DNA of 64,000 nt from an archaeon (GTDB lineage Archaea > Nanobdellota > Nanobdellia > Woesearchaeales > GW2011-AR15), in the NCBI GenBank assembly GCA_043826135.1, contig JBDRQT010000053.1, positions 4,266 through 68,265 on the forward strand, written 5' to 3'. The position numbers were made by a program, and so were the translations under genes. This document shows positions 9,581-17,518 of the stretch, in pieces. The notes beneath the pieces were generated by a model. It saw only the letters and a program-made list of their open reading frames with translations. It made no database searches and had not been told where the DNA came from. The first letter of the stretch is position 1. Each line of letters begins with the position of its first letter.

Positions 9581-11066
9581 TTTTGCCTACCTCAAATACA
9601 TTTCCAACACTATGATACCAATCATCAAATGGTTTGCCGCATACAGAAATCTGTTCTACCCCTTGTTCAAAATCCCTTGTTACAGTATCGGGCAGCGGTG
9701 GCTGAAATCTTGGGATGTCTACCCCCAGATCCCTGATCCCAGATATCGGAAAGTACTGCAATCTCGGATAACCGAGCATATCATAATAAAATGGCCCTCT
9801 TAATGGCTCGCAGGCAAAATAGTTGATAGCTTCTCCTGCAAGCACAGCTCCTGCAAGCGCAGTAGTCAAAACCTGTGATCCTTCCACCTCAGGATCTGTG
9901 CAATGCCTATGCTCCTGCCTGATTGCACTAAGATAGGCAAGCTCAAGAAAATCATTCTGGAACAGCATCGAGGATGTCATTCCAGGGACATATGCATTTA
10001 CATTTAATGTGAATGGTGTACAGCCGGCAAGAAGCATCGATAATTGCTTCCTTTGTGAGAGATTGATTATTCTCATCTGGTTGTCAAAGCCATCTGCTGC
10101 ACAAATCAGCAGATCAACATCAGGAAGCCTCGAACTTTCAGATATCCTTCTCTTGCTACCAATATACAAAGTCCCATTATTTCTTGCATTGTAATAATCT
10201 GCCATTGCTAAGCTTTTCAGTCTGCCAAGATAATTGGCAAATTGCGGTGCTCTGGATGTATTTGTGAATTCTGCAGTGTCATCATCAAACATATATATCT
10301 TCTCAAACCCTAATCCATCAGTGGCCTCAAGAAAACTTACACCAACAGCTCCAACTCCAACTAGTCCGATTGTTTTATTACGAGGATCAAAATCACGCCA
10401 ATCAAAATCATTGACATAAGAAGTTCTTTTTCTGGACCATAGATTCCAGGTTATAATGTCTTTTTGCGGATTACCCAGTTCTAGTAGATTAGAAATTATC
10501 TCTCCAAGACCAATAGTAGCCTGAGCAATGCTCATAATTCTGCTTGATCTCTGTCCCTCAAATTGTGGCATCAGGTGCTCATTAAGAATTTTTCCGCCAT
10601 GATATGACGCGATTCTGATTTCATGCTCATTTCCGGCACTCAGGGATACATTAGGCTTGCTTTCTGAATGCATGTAGACCCATTGAGACAGCATCATTCT
10701 CTTTTCCTTGCTTGAATTTCCTGCATGGAAAAATACTGGCGAAGCATGCATAACTATCTCCTTTAGTGCATCCGACTTCACCCCAGGATAGAATCCTTTG
10801 ATAGAAACATCCGGGTTTAGTGAATGCAAAATTTGCTCTATCTGTGACGGAGTTTGGCCAGAATCTATTGCTCTTCCCATAAATGCATCATTACCCTGCG
10901 TGACCTCATCGCCAGCATGCACTATCCTGCCAATCTCCAAACAGGCTGCAAATAAGGATGCATATCTAAGTGGCAATCCTTGACCTAAATTCACAAGCAG
11001 GGCTGCATCAAGGATTCCCTGTTCCCATCCTGGGATATATGTCTGTTTGAATGTTCGTCTTTGCAT
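9573..11066 (-). CDS. E1-like/ThiF-family activating enzyme with tandem degenerate and intact adenylation domains
   Basis: Intact GLVGVGAVG, DDDTAEFTNTSR, GRLKS, DLLICAADG and candidate catalytic Cys389 (RHCTDP). The N-terminal half has ThiF remnants (KQTYIPGWEQ, LHSLNPDVSI) without the Gly-rich loop. Confidence 0.85.
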   Translation of the reverse strand: MQRRTFKQTYIPGWEQGILDAALLVNLGQGLPLRYASLFAACLEIGRIVHAGDEVTQGNDAFMGRAIDSGQTPSQIEQILHSLNPDVSIKGFYPGVKSDALKEIVMHASPVFFHAGNSSKEKRMMLSQWVYMHSESKPNVSLSAGNEHEIRIASYHGGKILNEHLMPQFEGQRSSRIMSIAQATIGLGEIISNLLELGNPQKDIITWNLWSRKRTSYVNDFDWRDFDPRNKTIGLVGVGAVGVSFLEATDGLGFEKIYMFDDDTAEFTNTSRAPQFANYLGRLKSLAMADYYNARNNGTLYIGSKRRISESSRLPDVDLLICAADGFDNQMRIINLSQRKQLSMLLAGCTPFTLNVNAYVPGMTSSMLFQNDFLELAYLSAIRQEHRHCTDPEVEGSQVLTTALAGAVLAGEAINYFACEPLRGPFYYDMLGYPRLQYFPISGIRDLGVDIPRFQPPLPDTVTRDFEQGVEQISVCGKPFDDWYHSVGNVFEVGKNV

Positions 11067-11068
11067 TT

Positions 11069-12217
11069 CTATTTACCGTTCTTTAGTTTCAATACTTGAC
11101 TGTATGATGGAGATAAACTTGCAAGAGCTGTTTGTACTGCAGATAGCTGCGCATCATAGTTACCACCTGGTTGGATTTGTGTGGCTAATAAATCATAAAC
11201 AAATCTAATTGATCTTGCATCCGCACTATCTTCTGCAAATCTTAAATAATCACCAATCAAGTTCAACAGCTCGGTTGCTGTCAACGGCATGTTTTGGTTA
11301 AGGTCTGGCAGCAGATTCGGGGTATTAAATCCTGAACTTGGCTGCGGATAATATACTGCCAGCGCATTGACCAAAGTTTGCACACTTGGTCTTGCCGGCA
11401 GGGCATATTCAATCGGTTTTACATATATCTCTATTTCCTTCTGCATTTTCTGATAGTCTATCTTAGCTCTACAGGGAATATCCTCCACATGAAGAACGAG
11501 TCCATCTTCAGGAGTTAGGAGATGGTATGTATTCCTTCCATTGAAGGATTCCTTTTGACATACACCCACGCCTATCCATGGAGACGCGCCTTCATTAAAT
11601 ATTAGGAAAAGACTATATCCTACTTCGACTTTAAAGACAATCTCACGCTTTGATCCAACTATTGCAGCATCCTTTTTTCTGAGCGCGGCCTGCAAATGTT
11701 CCTCGGACCCTGCCATGGCAAATTCATCAGTAACATCTCTCCACCCATAATGAGTTTGATAATTCATGTTCCATCTAGTGATTTTCTCGAAATCAGTCAA
11801 ATCTCCGTCTAATCCTGAACTAGGAACTAAGAAACCCTGCGGATGATAATGAAAGATGCCTCCCAAATTCAATTGCTGCTTTCTTGTGCTATTTGTACTT
11901 TTGATTTTTTGGTAGACTTCATCTGTCGCTGGTTGTGTCCGAATAACCCTACCGGGTGATACTTGCTGGCCAAACATAACTGCATCCTGAACCACATTTG
12001 TTTCCCTTCCGAACAAAGGCATCATCGCAAGCTCGCATCCAGTAATATCTGGATGATCTTGCATAATTGCTCTCCATGTCTGGATCTTTTCATACACCAA
12101 TGTAGGTAAATACCAATCAAGATGTATTTCAGGAAGAAATTCTTTTTTTGGAGTTGGATTAAAATGAGCGCTTATGGCGTCTGCCAAATCCTTTTCATCT
12201 ACCTTCTGTGCTCCCAT
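11069..12217 (-). CDS. JAB/JAMM (MPN+) metallopeptidase-domain protein
   Basis: N-terminal Glu (GCELAM) and GIFHYHP...PSSGLDGD, a JAMM-like HxH..S..D motif; adjacent to the E1. Confidence 0.75.
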   Translation of the reverse strand: MGAQKVDEKDLADAISAHFNPTPKKEFLPEIHLDWYLPTLVYEKIQTWRAIMQDHPDITGCELAMMPLFGRETNVVQDAVMFGQQVSPGRVIRTQPATDEVYQKIKSTNSTRKQQLNLGGIFHYHPQGFLVPSSGLDGDLTDFEKITRWNMNYQTHYGWRDVTDEFAMAGSEEHLQAALRKKDAAIVGSKREIVFKVEVGYSLFLIFNEGASPWIGVGVCQKESFNGRNTYHLLTPEDGLVLHVEDIPCRAKIDYQKMQKEIEIYVKPIEYALPARPSVQTLVNALAVYYPQPSSGFNTPNLLPDLNQNMPLTATELLNLIGDYLRFAEDSADARSIRFVYDLLATQIQPGGNYDAQLSAVQTALASLSPSYSQVLKLKNGK

Positions 12218-12218
12218 T

Positions 12219-13508
12219 CTATGCAGCCTCCATTATCGGATACATGTTGGTCGGCAGCAGATTCTTTTCCATCACTTCTGCATAAGTTATCCATGACATC
12301 TGCGACATTGGTCTTTTATAAGATTCCCCGTTGCTATGTTGTCTTATTGAAGCATTCGTGAGTCCATTCTGCAGAGTATTCACCCCATACATAATTGTCC
12401 TGATAACGCTTTGCTGCCAGGATTCACCTGGCAATCTATCATATTTTCCAGGTCCGCAAAATGTCCTGTAATCCCCTTTTTTTGACGTGAAATTAAAGTA
12501 CTCAAAATCACCATTAACGTGCACTTCACTAACCTTCATCCCCTCACTTTCTTGATGAATTAATACTCCAATTTCAGGCGGATTGTAGAAAGGATACCAT
12601 TTATGTGTATGTCCTGCTCTGATATCATGCATAGCAAAAGGCAGTGGCTTCAGATAAACGAATAATCCTTCGCCTCCAACATACCTGACACCGGAACCCA
12701 TATAATCTATTTCAGGCTCTTGCTTTAAAGCCATCATGCCGCTTGCTCTGCAATAACCCGCGAATTCATCAATCCTTTTTTTATCCATTTGCCTGACAAA
12801 CTGCCCAAATATTTCTTGAGTCCTGCTTGCTGATACCAATCTCATCTCCCTATCCAAGTCAATTTGGTTTTCAAGTTTCAGCAGTCTGCTGCCTCCATTA
12901 AATGATATGCTGATGTCTCCTATATGAGTTCTATCTGAAAGTCTATAAGTGTTTTCATGTCCGCATAGCAGAAAGTGTTGCTCAAAATCAAATTTAACTG
13001 TATCTTTATCCAAACCAAACGATTTTCTCACAGCTCTCATAATTTGCTGATTTGTGATTTCATTTGACTTCTCGATTGGAGTTTCAGATACAAGTGAGAA
13101 GATCTCCTTTCTTCTGATTTCGAGCAATTCGGATCTCGAGTAATCATTTATCCTTGGGTCTGATTGATCAAGTGCAGGAATGATATCCGTCAGACATAAG
13201 AAATAGGGGATTCCGTTTCCACCTAATGATCCCTTGGATAAAAAAGTTTCATATACACTGCTTAGAGATTCCTCCAAAAATTGTTTTATATCTTGTGATC
13301 TGACAGTCTCTTCAAGACCTAACACATCACGCATGGTGCCTTGATAAGCAAGGCCATATGTTCCCCTTCTTATCGGAGAGTCTGTTGTCATAACCTCTAG
13401 AACAGCATCATTTGAATTTTGATTGAGATAATAAATATGATTATCTAGAACAATTCCACTATGCTCCAACGCATTTTCCAATAAATAAAAATTAAACACT
13501 GGAGGCAT
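12219..13508 (-). CDS. putative E2-like conjugating protein with N-terminal extension
   Basis: C-terminal WYPFYNPPEI...YFNF...GDYRTFCGPG recalls the UBC YPxxPP...HPN...GxxC pattern; lies between the Ubl candidate and JAB; start set to ATG 13508. Confidence 0.5.
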   Translation of the reverse strand: MPPVFNFYLLENALEHSGIVLDNHIYYLNQNSNDAVLEVMTTDSPIRRGTYGLAYQGTMRDVLGLEETVRSQDIKQFLEESLSSVYETFLSKGSLGGNGIPYFLCLTDIIPALDQSDPRINDYSRSELLEIRRKEIFSLVSETPIEKSNEITNQQIMRAVRKSFGLDKDTVKFDFEQHFLLCGHENTYRLSDRTHIGDISISFNGGSRLLKLENQIDLDREMRLVSASRTQEIFGQFVRQMDKKRIDEFAGYCRASGMMALKQEPEIDYMGSGVRYVGGEGLFVYLKPLPFAMHDIRAGHTHKWYPFYNPPEIGVLIHQESEGMKVSEVHVNGDFEYFNFTSKKGDYRTFCGPGKYDRLPGESWQQSVIRTIMYGVNTLQNGLTNASIRQHSNGESYKRPMSQMSWITYAEVMEKNLLPTNMYPIMEAA

Positions 13509-13512
13509 TGTG

Positions 13513-14451
13513 CTATGCAAGACCACCTGCTGGGGGCTGTACTCTAACACTTGTCACTTTCACAGGTGTTGAAATTCCGGAGATTGTGAGCATTCTATCC
13601 TCAAACAAAGTTTTAAATGCTTGACTATCGCGTAGTACACCTGTACTATAGATAGCTTTTTCTCCATTCTCTCCAGCTGCTGAAAGAAAGTCTCTAACTA
13701 CAGAAAGTGAAAGTCTCTCAGGAAAATGAGTTTCATCTCTTAAGTACGCGTAAAAATCTGCTTCCGATGCTGGGACTTCCTCTTCACTAAAAACAACTCT
13801 AGTTGTTCGTCCACTAATTTCCACTGTCACAACATATGGAAGAGATTGAGCCGGTTGAGGGAGTACAACTTTATAATCAGCTTTCCTTTCCTCTTCTGCA
13901 ATGGTTTCTATTCTCTTTTCAATTTGTCCCATATAATCCCGGACACAAGCATCAATTGATTCAAAACCGGCATAAGCATGCACATATCTTCGTTGCTCTG
14001 ATGTTTGTTCATGAGCTTTTTCAAGGTGCTCATGCATACTCAGGGCATCTGCAATTTTGTCTGCATTAAGTCTGTAATTTTTTGATAGTTCTCTCAAAGC
14101 ATGTTCTAACATGCTTGGCTCAATTGTATCTACTTTAGGAAGAGCACTAGCTGCCTTTTCAGTTCTAATAACAAATATCTCAATCTGCTCTGCAGACGCT
14201 GCAAGCTGCTCAAGATAACTAGTTTCAGGTTGCATTACTGCAGAATCGTAAACTCCAGCATACGTACCAAAATCTGATTTTCCCCTTCCTTCCCTGTAAT
14301 CACTTACTCGTACTTGAATACCCTCTACAATTAGGGCATCCGGCACTCCACTAATAAATATTACCTTGCCGCTCTCAAGGTGTGCAGCTGCATCTCCTTG
14401 GCCTCCCCTATTGCCAGCTAGTGTTGCAATTATATTATCTGAACCTGTCAT
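13513..14451 (-). CDS. putative TRAM-like / helical / ubiquitin-like (beta-grasp) protein ending PPAGG-LA
   Basis: N-terminal GQGDAAAHLESGKVIFISG...IQVRV is TRAM-like; C-terminal VRVQPPAGG resembles the MoaD/SAMP PPVSGG tail, followed by two extra residues. Confidence 0.55.
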   Translation of the reverse strand: MTGSDNIIATLAGNRGGQGDAAAHLESGKVIFISGVPDALIVEGIQVRVSDYREGRGKSDFGTYAGVYDSAVMQPETSYLEQLAASAEQIEIFVIRTEKAASALPKVDTIEPSMLEHALRELSKNYRLNADKIADALSMHEHLEKAHEQTSEQRRYVHAYAGFESIDACVRDYMGQIEKRIETIAEEERKADYKVVLPQPAQSLPYVVTVEISGRTTRVVFSEEEVPASEADFYAYLRDETHFPERLSLSVVRDFLSAAGENGEKAIYSTGVLRDSQAFKTLFEDRMLTISGISTPVKVTSVRVQPPAGGLA

Positions 14452-14525
14452 ATTGAATCTCCCCCTCAGTTTTAGAGATAGAGACAGTATTTAATATTTA
14501 AATGTTATGGAAAAGTAGTAACAAA

Positions 14526-14744
14526 CTAGTTTAACTGTTTTTCTGCGAGCTCAATATCCTTATCAATAATAGTGACCCTACCTGCATGAGCCGCATATTT
14601 GGCCGCAAGCCTGCCAATCTTTTCAGCATATTCTTCAAGATAGTCTACCATGGCAACCTTTGCATCCTGAGAAACCCTTTCAGCTCCGAAACCTTCCATC
14701 ATCCTTCCTACTGGTTCGTAAGGTATTATATTCTTTCGTTTCAT
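14526..14744 (-). CDS. archaeal histone (HMf-like)
   Basis: IPYEPVGRMM..GAERVSQDAK...AAHAGRVTI..KDIELA histone-fold signature. Confidence 0.93.
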   Translation of the reverse strand: MKRKNIIPYEPVGRMMEGFGAERVSQDAKVAMVDYLEEYAEKIGRLAAKYAAHAGRVTIIDKDIELAEKQLN

Positions 14745-14752
14745 TTTAAAAG

Positions 14753-14783
14753 TTGAGTGAAACGTCACTACGTTTCAACTCAA
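14753..14783. promoter_or_regulatory. inverted repeat in the histone/purA divergent region
   Basis: TTGAG-TGAAACGT cact ACGTTTCA-a-CTCAA, a 13-bp stem with one bulge. Confidence 0.5.
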
Positions 14784-14906
14784 GATAAAAAAACCCCTAG
14801 TCTTTGTGCTGATAAGGTTAATTGCACTTCTGCTTTATATATTTTTTGATTGTATGGGCAATAGTTTTTTATAGGTTTCATCCTTATTGATGCATGGGTG
14901 ATTTGA

Positions 14907-16193
14907 ATTAATGCAATAGTTATTGTTGGCAGCCAATTTGGTGATGAAGGGAAAGGCAAAATTACTGATATTCTTGCAGAAAAAGCTGACTGCGTCGTTA
15001 GATATCAGGGCGGAAATAATGCCGGCCATACTGTTGTTGTTGGAGACAATACTTTCAAGCTGCATCTGATTCCATCCGGAGTGATCCATGGAAAAAAATG
15101 CATGATTGCATCAGGAGTTGTTCTTGATCCAGAAGTATTACTGCTTGAGATTGAAAACTTCGAAAAAACAGGAAATAAAATAGATCTTATGATTGACCCC
15201 CTGACCTCTATAATCATGCCTTATCACAAAGTCATGGACGGGATATCTGAAGCATCACTAAAAGACAGCATCGGCACAACCAAGAAAGGTATCGGACCTG
15301 CCTATGAAGATCATTATGGAAGAAGAGGAATAAGATTTATTGACCTCTTTGATAAGGCTGTTTTCAGAAAAAAGCTTCACGACAATTTCGAACTCAAGAA
15401 GAAGATTGCCAAAAATGTGTATAATCAAGATTTTCCACTTGATGAAGAAACAATATTTTGTCAGTATACTGCTTATGCAGATAAACTAGAAAAATATCTT
15501 GGCGATGTCTCGAAATTAGTCTATGAGGCAAAGGATAAGAAAATCATATTCGAGAGTGCTCAGGGCACGTTCCTTGATGTCAGTTTTGGGACATATCCCT
15601 TTGTTACATCATCACACCCGATATCAGGTGGTGTTTTTACAGGTGTGGGCTTGCCTCCGCAGAAACTGGACGTTGTGGGGATTGTTAAGGCATATACAAC
15701 AAGGGTTGGTAGCGGCCCTTTCCTGACTGAGCTGAGAGACAAAACCGGGGTGAAGATACAGAAGATTGGAATGGAGGTCGGAACAACTACAGGCAGGCCC
15801 AGAAGGTGCGGCTGGCTTGATCTTGTTATGCTAAAATATGCACATAGGCTAAATGGATTTACAAGCCTTGCCATAACCAAACTTGATGTGCTGTCCGGAT
15901 TTAATAAAATTAAGGTTGCTGTAAAATATATGTTAAATGGAAAAAATGTTGATTATCCTTTAACTGTTGAGCAGCTAGAAAGATGTACGCCTGTATACGA
16001 AGAGTTTGAAGGATTCACTATCAGCCAAGATACTGCTGATTACAGATCTTTAGATCCAAATGCAAAAAAATATTTGGAGTTCATTGAGAAATATCTTGGA
16101 GTACCAATATCGATTGTATCGGTTGGGCCTAAGAGAGATGAAACTTTGATAAAAGAATTGGCTGATAATGAAAGTGTCCAGAAAACAATATAA
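14907..16193 (+). CDS. purA: adenylosuccinate synthetase (long, bacterial-type); N-terminus extends upstream of the ORF-track start
   Basis: In-frame IVIVGSQFGDEGKGK, GGNNAGHT, HLIPSG, GTTTGRPRRCGWLD and VSVGP; in-frame TGA at 14904, so the first available codon is ATT 14907. Confidence 0.95.
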   Translation: MNAIVIVGSQFGDEGKGKITDILAEKADCVVRYQGGNNAGHTVVVGDNTFKLHLIPSGVIHGKKCMIASGVVLDPEVLLLEIENFEKTGNKIDLMIDPLTSIIMPYHKVMDGISEASLKDSIGTTKKGIGPAYEDHYGRRGIRFIDLFDKAVFRKKLHDNFELKKKIAKNVYNQDFPLDEETIFCQYTAYADKLEKYLGDVSKLVYEAKDKKIIFESAQGTFLDVSFGTYPFVTSSHPISGGVFTGVGLPPQKLDVVGIVKAYTTRVGSGPFLTELRDKTGVKIQKIGMEVGTTTGRPRRCGWLDLVMLKYAHRLNGFTSLAITKLDVLSGFNKIKVAVKYMLNGKNVDYPLTVEQLERCTPVYEEFEGFTISQDTADYRSLDPNAKKYLEFIEKYLGVPISIVSVGPKRDETLIKELADNESVQKTI

Positions 16194-16225
16194 AGAATGC
16201 TCATATACTTCTGAAAGGTGTTTTC

Positions 16226-17518
16226 ATGGGACTAATGTCAATTTCTCCAATCGATGGTCGCTATAGAATGAAGCTTGGCAATTTATCGGAATATTTCTCA
16301 GAATACGCCCTTATTAAAAAAAGAGTTTATGTCGAACTAATGTATTTAAAGCAGCTTGGCAAAGGCGATTACCTCTTTGTCTACGAAAAATTTGATGAGA
16401 AAGAAGCACAAAAAATAAAAGAGATAGAAGAAAAGACTTGTCATGACCTAAAGGCTGTTGAATATTACATAAAAAACAAAGTGCCTGATAATGTGAAAGA
16501 ATTCGTCCATTATGGCCTGACATCAGAAGATATTAATAATCTTTCTTATGGGTTGTTAATTCAAGAGTTCTTAAAAGAAATCCTTCACAAGAAATTGGCG
16601 AGCCTGCTGGATACGTTGAGGAGTAAAAGCGTCGAGCATAAAAATATCCCGATGCTTGCCAAGACCCATGGCCAACCTGCCTCCCCTACGACAGTTGGCA
16701 AGGAATTTCTCGTATTTAAATCAAGACTTGAGAAACAAATTGAGAAATTAAGGAAGCTGAAATTGACTGGAAAATTGAACGGAGCAGTAGGAAATTACAA
16801 TGCACTTGTGTTTGCAGAGCCGGAACGTGACTGGATCAAATTCAGCAAAGAATTCATAACTAAGCTAAGTCTCCAGCCAAACCTTTTTACAACTCAGATA
16901 GAACCAAAGGACACTTTGGTTGAGCTGTTCCAATGCATTAAAAGAATAAACAACATCATCCTGGATCTTGACAGGGATATGTGGCTTTATATAAGCTATG
17001 GATATTTTCGATTGAATAAGATTGAAGGTGAGGTAGGAAGTTCGACGATGCCGCACAAGATCAACCCAATTGATTTTGAGAATTCAGAAGGTAACATTAA
17101 AATTGCAAACGCTCTTTTTACTGCATTTGAAGATTTGCAGGTATCTAGGCTCCAAAGAGACTTGTCTGATAGTACAATGATGAGAAATATCGGCGTTGCT
17201 TTTTCTCACAGTATGCTGGCATATGATTCAACGCTTAAAGGGCTCAGCAAATCTGAACCAAATATTGAAGCAATAGAAAAAGATCTGAACGAGCATCCAG
17301 AAGTATTGACTGAAGCAATCCAGACTTTTCTAAGGAAATCTGGACAAAAAGATGCGTATGAAAAGTTGAAATCAATTTCAAGGGGCGAGAATATTACGCT
17401 TGACCAATTAAGAAATTTTATAAAAAATCTGGATATAGAAGGCAAAGATAAACTGCTATCACTTGAACCAAAAGATTATATCGGTCTGGCGAATAAATTG
17501 AGTTCACTAGAAGACTAA
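16226..17518 (+). CDS. purB: adenylosuccinate lyase
   Basis: ISPIDGRY, THGQPASPTT, GSSTMPHKINPIDFENSEG, SRLQRDLSDS. Confidence 0.96.
   Translation: MGLMSISPIDGRYRMKLGNLSEYFSEYALIKKRVYVELMYLKQLGKGDYLFVYEKFDEKEAQKIKEIEEKTCHDLKAVEYYIKNKVPDNVKEFVHYGLTSEDINNLSYGLLIQEFLKEILHKKLASLLDTLRSKSVEHKNIPMLAKTHGQPASPTTVGKEFLVFKSRLEKQIEKLRKLKLTGKLNGAVGNYNALVFAEPERDWIKFSKEFITKLSLQPNLFTTQIEPKDTLVELFQCIKRINNIILDLDRDMWLYISYGYFRLNKIEGEVGSSTMPHKINPIDFENSEGNIKIANALFTAFEDLQVSRLQRDLSDSTMMRNIGVAFSHSMLAYDSTLKGLSKSEPNIEAIEKDLNEHPEVLTEAIQTFLRKSGQKDAYEKLKSISRGENITLDQLRNFIKNLDIEGKDKLLSLEPKDYIGLANKLSSLED

Noticed and set aside
9573..11066. Ordinary MoeB/ThiF/UbaA for cofactor or tRNA thiolation
   Set aside because: Twice the usual length with a duplicated ThiF domain, no Zn CxxC motifs, no sulfur-transfer genes nearby, and coupled to JAB and E2-like genes
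5887..14451. CBASS or Pycsar (Cap2/Cap3) system
   Set aside because: No CD-NTase or cyclase motif recognised in the operon, and E1 and the E2 candidate are separate genes
15081..16193. ORF-track start of purA at GTG 15081
   Set aside because: It would delete the essential GDEGKGK and GGNNAGHT motifs, which are in frame upstream
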